This document shows positions 1-9,628 of a DNA stretch of 64,000 nt, one piece after another; positions within the stretch are counted from its first letter, which is position 1; the number at the start of each line of letters is the position of its first letter. Source of the DNA: an uncultured delta proteobacterium (lineage in GTDB: Bacteria; Desulfobacterota; Syntrophia; Syntrophales; Smithellaceae). The position numbers and the translations under genes were made by a program. The notes below the pieces were generated by a model, which saw only the letters and a program-made list of their open reading frames with translations, did not search any database and was not told the origin of the DNA. The DNA lies in contig CAVWEH010000005.1 in assembly GCA_963753975.1 (NCBI GenBank), positions 224,001 through 288,000 of the forward strand, in the 5' to 3' direction.

Positions 1-2
1 CC

Positions 3-248
3 CTGGATGACCTGGCCGCGCTGGTTCCGTTAAATAATATTTGGCTGGTCAAAATAACCCAAAAAAACAACAATCTAACAATCGAAGGAACTGGAAAGGA
101 CAATATAGCCGTAGCCGATTTTATGAAAACTATTGAAAAATTTGATCCGATAAAATCGGTGGATTTGATATCTTCAAAAAAGACGGAGATTTCCGGTATG
201 ACCTTTCAGCAGTTTATTTTTTCATGTGTCATGAAAAAGGGATTTTAG
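3..248 (+). CDS. pilN: Type IV pilus assembly protein PilN, 3' part (truncated by window edge)
   Basis: Manual translation of frame 3: LDDLAALVPLNNIWLVKITQKNNNLTIEG...IAVADFMKTIE...F*; directly upstream of pilO. Confidence 0.8.
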   Translation: MDDLAALVPLNNIWLVKITQKNNNLTIEGTGKDNIAVADFMKTIEKFDPIKSVDLISSKKTEISGMTFQQFIFSCVMKKGF

Positions 249-251
249 CAC

Positions 252-992
252 ATGGCCATTACATTTAATGACATAAAAAAGATGTCTCCTCAGGCTAAGG
301 CATTGGCCATAATTTTGATTTTTTTTATTATTGGTTATTTATACTACTTTCTTTTTTTTGGTGACACATTGTCTAAGAAAACTTCTCTCGATAAGAAATT
401 AGAAGAAATGCAACTGCAAATTAAAGAAAAAGAAAAAATTGCTTTACAGCTTAATAAGTATATCGCTGATGTTGCAGCATTAAAAGAAGACTATAAGGTT
501 GCTTTACAAAAACTTCCCGACCAGCGGGAAATCCCCGGCCTTTTTCATTCTGTTGCGCTGTCAGGTAAAGAAGCAGGCATTGAGTTTTTATTATTTGAAC
601 CGAAAGCTGCTGTACCGAAGCCGATTGATAAAACGCCCCCCGAAGAGTCAAAAGCTGCGTCATTATTTAAGCCCTCCGATCAAAAGCAAGCTGAACAGAA
701 ACCGGCAGCTGGCGCCACTAAACCTGCAAGCAGTAAGAAAGCTCCCGCACCTGAACCTGAACCTTTTTATGAAGAAATCCCTGTGGGAGTAACGGTAATA
801 GGTACCTTTCAGAATATTGTTTACTTTTTTGAAAAAGTAGCCAAATTGCCGCGCATTATCAACATTTCCAACATTACCATGGGCGATAGAAAGAATGTAA
901 AAGGACGGGGATATCTTATCACAGCATCTTGTACGATCAAAACGTACATGTTTGTCGATAAAAAAGAAAAAAGTAGCGAAAAAACAAAATGA
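252..992 (+). CDS. pilO: Type IV pilus assembly protein PilO
   Basis: N-terminal TM, coiled coil, LPDQREIP and FYEEIPV...FFEKVAKLPRII motifs; pil operon context. Confidence 0.9.
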   Translation: MAITFNDIKKMSPQAKALAIILIFFIIGYLYYFLFFGDTLSKKTSLDKKLEEMQLQIKEKEKIALQLNKYIADVAALKEDYKVALQKLPDQREIPGLFHSVALSGKEAGIEFLLFEPKAAVPKPIDKTPPEESKAASLFKPSDQKQAEQKPAAGATKPASSKKAPAPEPEPFYEEIPVGVTVIGTFQNIVYFFEKVAKLPRIINISNITMGDRKNVKGRGYLITASCTIKTYMFVDKKEKSSEKTK

Positions 993-1513
993 AAAAAAGA
1001 CTCATAATTTCCAATATTGTCATATGTATTTTCATTGTAGCCGCGCATGCTTTTGCTGCTGAGGACAAAAATATATTAAATGCGATCTCTCCCGCATCAA
1101 CAGTATCCGTTGCGCCACAACCGCAAATTCAGCAGCCACCGCCAGTTGCGCAAGCTCCGGACAATACTTACAGTTATAATCCATTAGGCAAGCCAGATCC
1201 CTTCCGGCCTTTTGTTGAAGTTGAAGTAGAGGTCGCTGTAAAAAAGAAAGGTGAGAAAACGGAAGTGGCTTCTATTTTCCCCTTACAAAGGATTAGCGCC
1301 GAACAATTCAGAGTAGTGGGAATTGCCGGTGATAACATACGCCGCGTGGCTGTTGTGGAGGATGCAACAAAAAAGTTCTACCCTTTATTTGCCGGAACAC
1401 ACATTGGTTTACATAATGGTAAAGTAATCGAAATCATGGCCGATCGTGTCATCGTGGAAGAATATGCATCAAAAAATGCAAAAAGAATTATTTTAAAACT
1501 GCGCAAGAAATAA
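989..1513 (+). CDS. pilP: Type IV pilus assembly protein PilP
   Basis: YNPLGKPDPFRPF motif and IGLHNGKVIEI; between pilO and pilQ. Confidence 0.88.
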   Translation: MKKRLIISNIVICIFIVAAHAFAAEDKNILNAISPASTVSVAPQPQIQQPPPVAQAPDNTYSYNPLGKPDPFRPFVEVEVEVAVKKKGEKTEVASIFPLQRISAEQFRVVGIAGDNIRRVAVVEDATKKFYPLFAGTHIGLHNGKVIEIMADRVIVEEYASKNAKRIILKLRKK

Positions 1514-1526
1514 AAGAGGTAAAATC

Positions 1527-3326
1527 ATGAAAAAGTATTTATCTAAAATTTTTCTCCTTCTCATAATTATTCTTTGGGTTTTCACATATATTTCCGACGC
1601 TTCTTTAGCTGCGGAAACAGCAGATAAAAATCAAACAACTGACGATAAAGCGGCGGCTACAACTGCCAAAGTCGGGTATTTGGAAAATGTTTTATTGGAA
1701 AAGTTGTCTGGTAAAGAAAGGATTAATCTTATTGTATCCCAACAACCAGTTATTAATATAGAAACTGAGGCCAATGGCGGTTTACTGATTAAGCTGGAAA
1801 ATATGGTTGCGCCCGAAAATATGCGCCATCAGTTCGGAGAAGGAGAACTGAATAATATTTTAGGCGTTACGCCCTCGCAACAATTAGTAGACGACAAACA
1901 ATGGATATATTTGTTTGTTAATATAAAAGAGATTGTTCCTTATTCCATAAAACAAGAAGGGCAAAACGTATTGATTGATTTTAACGTCTCCACTTTGCCG
2001 GAGAAAAAAATACCGGTCGCGCCGATAGTAATGGAAAAGAAAAAAATTGTGGCACAAGCTGCTCCGACTGTTGCGGAAACTACAAAAAAAACTAATGATG
2101 TTGCAGAAAGTGAGGAAGCCAAAGTAAAGCCGGTTAAAAGGGAAGCGGTAAAAAGATATACGGATCGAATGATATCTATTGACTTTCAAGACGCGGACAT
2201 AAAGAGTGTTTTTCGTCTGATGGCTGAATATGGCAATATCAGTATAGTTTCCAGCGACGATGTAAAAGGTAATGTAACCTTATCCATGAAGAATGTTCCC
2301 TGGGAGCAAGCTCTGGATACAATACTGGACGTAAACGGACTGGCCAAAAAACAAATGGGTGATGTCATCAGCGTGATAACGTTGGAAAGAAAGAAAAAAG
2401 ATGAAGCCGATAAAGTAAAAGCAGAAGAAGATCAACGTAAAGCCGAAGATGTGCGTAACGCAAGAGAGACAAAGCTTTTAGCAGACAAGGGGCTGTTACG
2501 GCAAATACTCATTGAAGCCAAAATCGTTGAAGCAACTCAAGAATTTATCAGAAATATCGGTGTGACATGGGGATTTTCAGGGGCGCAATCAATTGGTTCT
2601 TACGGTTCGCGGATTGCTGGCGGCACAAGTTCACTACAAACTAATGCCTTGCGTTCACCATATCCATCGGAAGTTACGGCGACGGACACTTCCGGCAATC
2701 CTTTATTTATGTCCGCGGTCAATATGCCCGCGGCGGCGGCATCACCTACTCTTGGTGTGGTCTTTGGTGCGGGGTCGGCTTTTCTCGAAGCTCAGATTGC
2801 TGCCTTAGAAAGCACCAACACGGGGAAGCTTATTTCTGCTCCGAAAGTGGTGACTATGGATAACGTTAAGGCCATTATCAAGCAAGGAGCTGAAGTCCCT
2901 TATGTAACTCCTGCATCGGGTACATCACCGGCAACTGTTACTTTTAAAGAAGCTGTGTTAAAGTTAGAGGTGAAGCCAAAAATAACTGAAGAAGGAAAAA
3001 TTTCAATGGAAATCCTGGCTTCCAATGATGTGCCTGATTATACCAAAGCAACCATTCTTCAAGGCAATCCACCCATAAACAAAAATGATGTAGAAGCAAC
3101 CGTTGTTGTTCAAGATGGAGACACTGTTGTTATTGGTGGTGTTTCAACATCGAATGAACAGAAACTTGTAACAGGTGTCCCCTGGTTTCAGAAAATTCCA
3201 ATTCTTGGTTGGTTATTCAAAACTGAAAATATTGACGATAAAAGCGATCAGCTTTTAATTTTCGTAACGCCAAAAATATTAAAAGGATCAGGCCTTATAG
3301 ACAGTGCCGGCAAAGTCACCAATTAA
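1527..3326 (+). CDS. pilQ: Type IV pilus secretin PilQ
   Basis: N0 domain (DFQDADI...VPWEQALD) and secretin domain (QILIEAKIVE...GDTVVIGG...VPWFQKIPILGWLFK...LLIFVTPKI). Confidence 0.93.
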   Translation: MKKYLSKIFLLLIIILWVFTYISDASLAAETADKNQTTDDKAAATTAKVGYLENVLLEKLSGKERINLIVSQQPVINIETEANGGLLIKLENMVAPENMRHQFGEGELNNILGVTPSQQLVDDKQWIYLFVNIKEIVPYSIKQEGQNVLIDFNVSTLPEKKIPVAPIVMEKKKIVAQAAPTVAETTKKTNDVAESEEAKVKPVKREAVKRYTDRMISIDFQDADIKSVFRLMAEYGNISIVSSDDVKGNVTLSMKNVPWEQALDTILDVNGLAKKQMGDVISVITLERKKKDEADKVKAEEDQRKAEDVRNARETKLLADKGLLRQILIEAKIVEATQEFIRNIGVTWGFSGAQSIGSYGSRIAGGTSSLQTNALRSPYPSEVTATDTSGNPLFMSAVNMPAAAASPTLGVVFGAGSAFLEAQIAALESTNTGKLISAPKVVTMDNVKAIIKQGAEVPYVTPASGTSPATVTFKEAVLKLEVKPKITEEGKISMEILASNDVPDYTKATILQGNPPINKNDVEATVVVQDGDTVVIGGVSTSNEQKLVTGVPWFQKIPILGWLFKTENIDDKSDQLLIFVTPKILKGSGLIDSAGKVTN

Positions 3327-3423
3327 GATTATCTGTTGTTTAAAAAGCATTTAATGATAGGACTTTAATTTTTTGCATATTTAATATTTGTTTTTGATCA
3401 AAATTTTTGTACGGGTGGTATTG

Positions 3424-4191
3424 ATGAAATCTTATATAAACAGAATACAATTGATCGTTTTTTTATGCATATTATTATTAATTGTGGCTTGCACAAACAC
3501 TCCCTGGCATAAGCAACAGGCGGAACTATTTCTAAATAAAGGCATATATTTGATTGAGTTAAAGCAATATAACAACGCCTTAAAAGAATTGCTGGAAGCG
3601 GAAAAATACAATTCCAGTGATCACAGAATTCATTATTATATGGGCATGTGTTACCACATGAAGGATATGAAAGAAAAGGCCAAAGAAGAATTTCAAAAGG
3701 CAATTTCTCTAAAGGATAACTATTCGGAAGCGCATAATTACCTGGGTACGCTTTATTCAGACGAAGGGCTTTGGGATAAAGCAATCGAGGAATTCGATAA
3801 AGCTCTTGTCAACCCCTTGTACGACACACCGGCAGTGCCCCTTTATAATGCCGGTTGGGCATATTATTCAAAAAGAGATTATGCCAAAGCCCTGTCTTCT
3901 TATCGCCAAGCCCTTCAGAGAGAACCCCTGACGATGTTACGGCCGCAAATCGAAAAAAATATCGGCCTTATTTATTTTGATCAGTCCAACATTCCCGATG
4001 CTATGCAATATTTCAAAAAATCAATTGAATTAAATCCCAATCTTTATGATACGCAATTTTTGCTGGGCGAGTGTTACCTAAAAACTAAAGACAAAGTAAA
4101 TGCCAAAAAGGCTTTTCAGGCGGTTATTAAATTGGCGCCCCAATCTGCTTTTGGGCAAAAAGCTAAAACTTATTTACAGTCCCTGAAATAA
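3424..4191 (+). CDS. TPR lipoprotein, PilF/PilW/Tgl-like pilotin
   Basis: Lipobox-like LIVA-C, TPR repeats, NPLYDTP motif, adjacent to pilQ; start moved to ATG 3424. Confidence 0.78.
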   Translation: MKSYINRIQLIVFLCILLLIVACTNTPWHKQQAELFLNKGIYLIELKQYNNALKELLEAEKYNSSDHRIHYYMGMCYHMKDMKEKAKEEFQKAISLKDNYSEAHNYLGTLYSDEGLWDKAIEEFDKALVNPLYDTPAVPLYNAGWAYYSKRDYAKALSSYRQALQREPLTMLRPQIEKNIGLIYFDQSNIPDAMQYFKKSIELNPNLYDTQFLLGECYLKTKDKVNAKKAFQAVIKLAPQSAFGQKAKTYLQSLK

Positions 4192-4296
4192 TCCGGCAGA
4201 ATACCATCAATCACTTTACAACCTTGACACGCGCTAGCTGCTTATGTTAGGTAGCACATAATTAGCCCTTTGTATTTAGTTATTTAGTTCATAAAT

Positions 4297-4989
4297 ATGG
4301 AAAATAATGAATCTGAAAAAGATCGCGTAAATTTTCTTTCCGCAGCAGAAATTCTTCTGCAACAAAATAAATTGTCCGAAGCTCTCACCCTTGCCGAAGA
4401 GCGGCTTGCGCGCCTTCCTTTAGACGTTGATGCCCGTGTTATTACCGGCAATGTTTTCATCGGCATGGGAAGACTTGATGAAGCCAGAGATGTTTTGCGG
4501 GAAGTTGAGGAAATTATTTCCGGTTTATCTCTAATTTATGTCCGGATGGGCGATATCTATGCGGAAAAAGGTTTTTATAGAGACGCGGTTATTTACTATC
4601 AAAAGTATATTTCTTCAAATCCAACTTCCGATAAGGTAAAAGAAGTAGCTGGGAAGATAGCCCTTCTGGAACAAGAAGAGCCCCTGATTACGGATATGGA
4701 CTCGGCGGATGACGAAAATACCTCCAAGCCGGAATTCTACACAGTTACTTTAGCGGACCTCTATATAAAGCAGGGTCATTTTAAAATGGCCGCGGAAGTT
4801 CTCGAAAAAATTCTGGAAAAGGAACCGGAAAATGTTCTAGCCAGGGTAAAACTGGATACCGTAACAACGGCGATAGCCTTAAAATCTTCGGTAAACGTGG
4901 ATATTATTAAGTCCGATAATCTAGCTAAAACGCTGTCCTGCTGGCTGGAAAACATCAACAGGTTAAAGAAGCATGCAGCAGAAAAATAA
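4297..4989 (+). CDS. TPR-repeat protein
   Basis: TPR-like helices; TVTLADLYIKQG motif. Confidence 0.75.
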   Translation: MENNESEKDRVNFLSAAEILLQQNKLSEALTLAEERLARLPLDVDARVITGNVFIGMGRLDEARDVLREVEEIISGLSLIYVRMGDIYAEKGFYRDAVIYYQKYISSNPTSDKVKEVAGKIALLEQEEPLITDMDSADDENTSKPEFYTVTLADLYIKQGHFKMAAEVLEKILEKEPENVLARVKLDTVTTAIALKSSVNVDIIKSDNLAKTLSCWLENINRLKKHAAEK

Positions 4990-6058
4990 AATTTTCCCAA
5001 CCCGGGTTTCCCTCCTTCGCCGTAAGTTTCCCGATTACAAAGCCGACAGTATAATTTTTTTTGATATGAATAATATCCGTTATTTTTCCAATTTTACGGG
5101 CAGTGACGGTGTTCTTATAATTAACTCCGGCGCGGCAATCTTACTCGTTGACGGCCGCTATACCGCTCAAGCCGCCTTGGAAGTAGTGGATATGCAAATA
5201 ATCGAATATAAGGATAAAATTGAAGGAATTACTCAAACAATAAAAGATTACAATTTAAAAAAAATCGGCTTCGAGGCGGACTTTATAACTTTTGCAATGT
5301 ATAACAAGTTAGCCCAATGCCTGCCCAACGAGGTGTTTGTCCCTTTAGCTGACGAGTTGAGATTAATCAGAGCGCGCAAAGATGAAACAGAAATAGCACT
5401 AATGAAAAAAGCCGCGAAAATTTCTTCATCTGCTATTCTTTCCCTTATTGCCCAAATCAAACCCGGCTGCACAGAAAAAGAATTAGCTCTGCAATTGGAG
5501 CTTAATGCGCTAAAATCCGGGGCCGATCAACTTGCTTTTGAAGCGATTGTAGCTACGGGAGCAAACTCTGCTCTTCCCCATGCCCGGCCGACTAACAAAA
5601 AAATTAAAAAGGGAAGTTTGATCGTCATTGATTTTGGCGTAAAGTACAAAGGATATTGTTCCGACGAAACCTGTACTGTTGCTTTTGGGGAATTGACAGA
5701 TAAGCAAAAGAATGCTTATCAAGCAGTCCGGAATGCTCACGATCAAGTCATATCCATTATTAAAGCAAACATTTCCGCAAATGATGTTGATAGTTGTGCG
5801 CGAGACGCTTTGGGAGAAAAATACCGCCGGTACTTTGTACATGGAACAGGGCACGGCATAGGTTTGGAAGTTCATGAAGCGCCGCGTCTGGCATCAAATT
5901 CCAGGGATATTTTGGAGGCGCAAATGACAGTTACAGTAGAGCCGGGGCTATATTTTCCCGGGTTCTGGGGCATCAGAATCGAGGATACGGTTCTGGTGAA
6001 AGAAAATGGTTGCGAAAAGCTTACAAAAATGGATAAAGAGCTCGTCATCATAGAATAA
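4973..6058 (+). CDS. Xaa-Pro aminopeptidase (M24B family)
   Basis: SALPH, DFG...YCSDET, HGTGHGIGLEVHE, TVEPGLY, GIRIED motifs. Confidence 0.93.
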   Translation: MQQKNKIFPTRVSLLRRKFPDYKADSIIFFDMNNIRYFSNFTGSDGVLIINSGAAILLVDGRYTAQAALEVVDMQIIEYKDKIEGITQTIKDYNLKKIGFEADFITFAMYNKLAQCLPNEVFVPLADELRLIRARKDETEIALMKKAAKISSSAILSLIAQIKPGCTEKELALQLELNALKSGADQLAFEAIVATGANSALPHARPTNKKIKKGSLIVIDFGVKYKGYCSDETCTVAFGELTDKQKNAYQAVRNAHDQVISIIKANISANDVDSCARDALGEKYRRYFVHGTGHGIGLEVHEAPRLASNSRDILEAQMTVTVEPGLYFPGFWGIRIEDTVLVKENGCEKLTKMDKELVIIE

Positions 6059-6077
6059 ATGCAGGGGTTATGTAGTT

Positions 6078-6476
6078 ATGAAAGTTTTTCCGGAAGATCT
6101 GCTATATAGTCGCGAGCACATATGGGTGCGGGTTGACGGGAATATGGCCACTATCGGGGTTACTGATTATGCTCAAGAAAGTCTAGGGGAAATTCTATCG
6201 GTTGAATTTACAGAAATTGATACTTATGTAGAACGTGACGAAACATTTGGTTCCATCGAATCCACTAAAACGGTGGTGGATTTAATCTCTCCCGTTAGCG
6301 GGACTGTGGTAAATATTAATGAAGATATTAACGACGATATAGGCATAATAAACAGTGACCCTCATGATATGGGGTGGTTGGTTGTTATGGAAATGGACGA
6401 CCCGGAACAATTAGAAGACCTCCTCGTTGCCACTGCTTATCATGATTTTATAATGCAGGAAGAGGAAAGCGATTAA
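6078..6476 (+). CDS. gcvH: Glycine cleavage system H-like lipoyl carrier protein
   Basis: GVTDYAQESLG, ESTK (lipoyl Lys), SPVSG, INSDP...GW. Confidence 0.88.
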   Translation: MKVFPEDLLYSREHIWVRVDGNMATIGVTDYAQESLGEILSVEFTEIDTYVERDETFGSIESTKTVVDLISPVSGTVVNINEDINDDIGIINSDPHDMGWLVVMEMDDPEQLEDLLVATAYHDFIMQEEESD

Positions 6477-6515
6477 TGAAACTCAAATTTCAAAAGCCAA
6501 GCGCTGCGGGATATC
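6474..6515 (+). repeat. Probable truncated copy (F) of the dispersed structured intergenic element
   Basis: taatgaaactc start motif overlapping the gcvH stop, then loop-like aagccaagcgc. Confidence 0.35.
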
Positions 6516-6558
6516 TTGCGTCAGATACGCCACTCTTTGCAGCAGGAAGGATCACTTT

Positions 6559-7395
6559 ATGGTCTGGAGGTTGTTGAATTTCCAAATTCACGACATCTTC
6601 GAAAACATGGCCATAGATGAGTCCCTTTTTCAGGAAACTATAAAAAATAAAAAACCACCGACGATTAGATTTTATAGTTCTTATCCGGCGGCAATTTCTA
6701 TTGGTTATTTTCAGGACATAAAAAAAGAAGTTAATGTCGAAAAATGTCGAAAAGCCGGAGTTGATGTTGTCCGAAGGATAACGGGGGGCAAAGCTGTTTT
6801 TCACTCTCACGAAATTACTTACTGTGTCGTAGCCGGAGATACGGAAAGAACATTCCCTCCTGATATTGCCGGAGCATATAAGATAATCAGCCGATGTATT
6901 GCCCGAGGCCTTTCTTATTTGGGGATAGGTGCGGATCTCGCTCACGGCAGCCGAAAAGCTACGGGAGAGGAACTTAAGTCCTGCTGTTTTTCCGTTCCTG
7001 CTGAAAGCGAATTATTGGTTCACGGGCGTAAGATTTGCGGCAGCGCTCAAGTGAGGAAAAAAGGCGGATTCCTACAGCATGGTTCATTGCTGTTGGCTTT
7101 TGATCCGCAAAAAACAGCCTCTTTACTGCTGCCTGCGCGGACCCCGGAACAATTAGAAAAGCTAAAAAAAGCGGTGACGGCAATCAACGAAGAGCTTATT
7201 TCGCCGGTCGATGTTCAGGATGTTTGTTTACAATTGAAAAAGGGCTTTACCGATGAACTGGGTATAGAATTGGCCGCAGAGACGGCGACGGCGACGGAAA
7301 ATAAATTGACACGGGAATTGAAAAAAAAATATAACGATGCGCGTTGGAATATGAAAGAAAGAATGCCTTATAAAGAAGGCTGTTTATCACTATGA
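6559..7395 (+). CDS. Lipoate-protein ligase / octanoyltransferase (LplA/LipM family)
   Basis: NMAIDE, VVRRITGGKAVFH, KICGSAQ, LQHGS motifs. Confidence 0.9.
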   Translation: MVWRLLNFQIHDIFENMAIDESLFQETIKNKKPPTIRFYSSYPAAISIGYFQDIKKEVNVEKCRKAGVDVVRRITGGKAVFHSHEITYCVVAGDTERTFPPDIAGAYKIISRCIARGLSYLGIGADLAHGSRKATGEELKSCCFSVPAESELLVHGRKICGSAQVRKKGGFLQHGSLLLAFDPQKTASLLLPARTPEQLEKLKKAVTAINEELISPVDVQDVCLQLKKGFTDELGIELAAETATATENKLTRELKKKYNDARWNMKERMPYKEGCLSL

Positions 7396-8462
7396 TTTTT
7401 CGCGACATTATCAACAAAAAAATATTCAAGCAAAGCGCCTATACAGCGCCGGAACAGACGGACGCCATAAAAATGGACGCCAACGAAAATCCTTTTGTGA
7501 TCCAGGAACCTTTGAAGAAAAAGCTTTGGGAAGAGATGAGCAAAGTAAATCTGAATCGCTATCCGGAAGCCGGAGCCCCTAAATTGCGGGATAGATTTGC
7601 TGCCTATTACGGCGTGAAAAAGGATATGATTATGCTGGGCAACGGCTCGGACGAACTGATTCAAACGCTTTGTATGACGCTTAAAGGGAAAGTAAACGGC
7701 GTGCTTATTCCCACTCCTACTTTTGCCATGTACAAAATAATCGCGGTCAATACCGGCAATAAAATACAGGAAGTTCGCCTGAATGAGGACTTCGATCTCG
7801 ATATCGATACAATGCTCGGTAAAATTAAAACGACTTTCCCTTCCCTGATATTTTTAAGTTACCCCAATAGTCCTACCGGCAATCTTTTTAGCCGGGCTAA
7901 AATAGAAACCCTTATTAAAAAAACTCCCGGAGTTGTCGTCATCGACGAAGCTTATGCCGTTTTTTCCGGGCAGACCTTGCTGCCGCTTTTGAAAAAATAC
8001 GATAATTTGATTTTTTTGAAGACGCTTTCCAAGTTGGGATTGGCCTCGATGCGCCTCGGCTTCTTAATCGCCAACAAGGATATTATCGCTCAATTGGATA
8101 AAGTAAGATTGCCTTATAATGTTAATTGTTTATCGCAAATAGCGGCTAATTTTTTTCTGGACAATCAGGATGAATTCGCGAGGCAAGTTCCTCGAATAAT
8201 CAAAAGTCGCGAAGAACTTTATTCCCGCTTGAAAGAAATCGCCGGGATTAGGCCCTACCCATCGTCGGCGAATTTTATTTTTTTTAGTTGCGCTTTTGAT
8301 GCGGATCGCCTATATAATAAATTGGTAATGGATGGTATTATCATTAAGAATTTAAATACCAAACTGACACGAAACTGCATGAGGGTTACAGTAGGAAATC
8401 CTGAAGAAAATAAGGCTTTTTTAAAGTCTTTAAAAAGCGCTGTTTTTGAGTTAGGAGCGTGA
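7392..8462 (+). CDS. hisC: Histidinol-phosphate aminotransferase
   Basis: DANENP, NRYP, GNGSDE, PNSPTG, DEAY, TLSK motifs. Confidence 0.92.
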   Translation: MIFRDIINKKIFKQSAYTAPEQTDAIKMDANENPFVIQEPLKKKLWEEMSKVNLNRYPEAGAPKLRDRFAAYYGVKKDMIMLGNGSDELIQTLCMTLKGKVNGVLIPTPTFAMYKIIAVNTGNKIQEVRLNEDFDLDIDTMLGKIKTTFPSLIFLSYPNSPTGNLFSRAKIETLIKKTPGVVVIDEAYAVFSGQTLLPLLKKYDNLIFLKTLSKLGLASMRLGFLIANKDIIAQLDKVRLPYNVNCLSQIAANFFLDNQDEFARQVPRIIKSREELYSRLKEIAGIRPYPSSANFIFFSCAFDADRLYNKLVMDGIIIKNLNTKLTRNCMRVTVGNPEENKAFLKSLKSAVFELGA

Positions 8463-8485
8463 TTTAAAATTAATTGCAAATTGTG

Positions 8486-8538
8486 AGGGTAGTTTACGGC
8501 ACGATAATTATTGGACTTTGCCGTACTGCCCTTTTTTT
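8486..8538 (+). terminator. Rho-independent terminator after hisC
   Basis: agggtagt-ttacggca / tgccgta-ctgccct stem followed by a T tract. Confidence 0.6.
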
Positions 8539-8540
8539 GT

Positions 8541-8634
8541 TAATGAGACTCCAATATGACAAGTGAAGCGCAGTCAGATTGGTTAGCCGAATTAATCCCA
8601 CGCGCGAAGCTTAGCGGGGGTGATAATATCCATG
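8541..8634 (+). repeat. Dispersed structured intergenic element, copy A
   Basis: taatgagactc-caatatgac-aagtgaagcgca-gtcagattg-gttagccgaattaatccc...gcgaagc...cggggg...catg; aligns to the reverse complement of 34661-34753. Confidence 0.8.
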
Positions 8635-8681
8635 ATTTCCGAAAACAAAAAATAAACAATTAAGATTAAGGAGGAATTAAC

Positions 8682-8873
8682 TTGGAAGTAAAGGTAATTG
8701 ACAATGATGTGGAAAAAGCTTTAAAAATATTGAAAAATAAGCTCTCGAAAAGCGGCCTGTTTAAAGAATTGAAAGTCCGCCGCGCTTATGAAAAGCCTTC
8801 CGTAAAGAAAAAGAGGAAAACAATTGAGGCGCGCCGGAGACTCGCGAAGGTTCAAAGACGCCGCAGTAATTAG
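8682..8873 (+). CDS. rpsU: 30S ribosomal protein S21
   Basis: VEKALK...YEKPSVKKKRK; TTG start with AGGAGG RBS. Confidence 0.93.
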   Translation: MEVKVIDNDVEKALKILKNKLSKSGLFKELKVRRAYEKPSVKKKRKTIEARRRLAKVQRRRSN

Positions 8874-8950
8874 AAGCCGGCACGCCAGTGCCGAAGGAAA
8901 GTTTTTTATTGCCTAATCTACATATTGCAGCGGGGGAATAATATTGTCAC

Positions 8951-9604
8951 ATGGAAGAAAAACAATACGTAGTTGATTCACTGTCCTTTGAAGAATCCTG
9001 GCGGGTGTTTCGTATTATGGCGGAATTTGTTGACTCCATCGAAACTCTTTCCGACGTGCATAACGCCGTCACTATTTTTGGTTCAGCCCGAGTGAAGCCC
9101 GACGATCCCTACTATAAAAAAGCGGAACTTCTGGCCCGGCTTTTAGTGCAAAATGGTTTTAGCGTAATTACCGGCGGCGGCCCCGGCATTATGGAAGCGG
9201 CCAATAAAGGCGCCAGTGAAGCCGGCGGAAAATCGGTCGGCATGAATATCCGTTTGCCGTTTGAACAAAAGCCTAATCCCTATGCCAATATTCATCTTGA
9301 TTACAAATACTTCTTTATTCGTAAAGTAATGTTTGTCAAATATGCCGTGGCTTACGTGATTTTACCAGGCGGCTTCGGCACCATGGATGAGCTTTTTGAA
9401 GCGCTGACTTTAATTCAGACAAAGAGAATCAAAGGCTTTCCTTTGTTCTTAATGGGCAGCGAATACTGGCAGGGCCTGTCGGATTGGGTAAAGAAAAGAA
9501 TGCTGACGGAAAACAAAATTCTTCCCGCTGACCTCGACTTGCTTCAGGTAGTAGACGAACCGCAAGAAGTTGTGAAGCTCATTAAAAAATACATTATAGT
9601 CTGA
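8951..9604 (+). CDS. LOG family protein (TIGR00730-like)
   Basis: TGGGPGIMEAANKG, PFEQKPN, PGGFGTMDE. Confidence 0.92.
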   Translation: MEEKQYVVDSLSFEESWRVFRIMAEFVDSIETLSDVHNAVTIFGSARVKPDDPYYKKAELLARLLVQNGFSVITGGGPGIMEAANKGASEAGGKSVGMNIRLPFEQKPNPYANIHLDYKYFFIRKVMFVKYAVAYVILPGGFGTMDELFEALTLIQTKRIKGFPLFLMGSEYWQGLSDWVKKRMLTENKILPADLDLLQVVDEPQEVVKLIKKYIIV

Positions 9605-9628
9605 TCCCTGATCTAGTCTTTTACGGCC

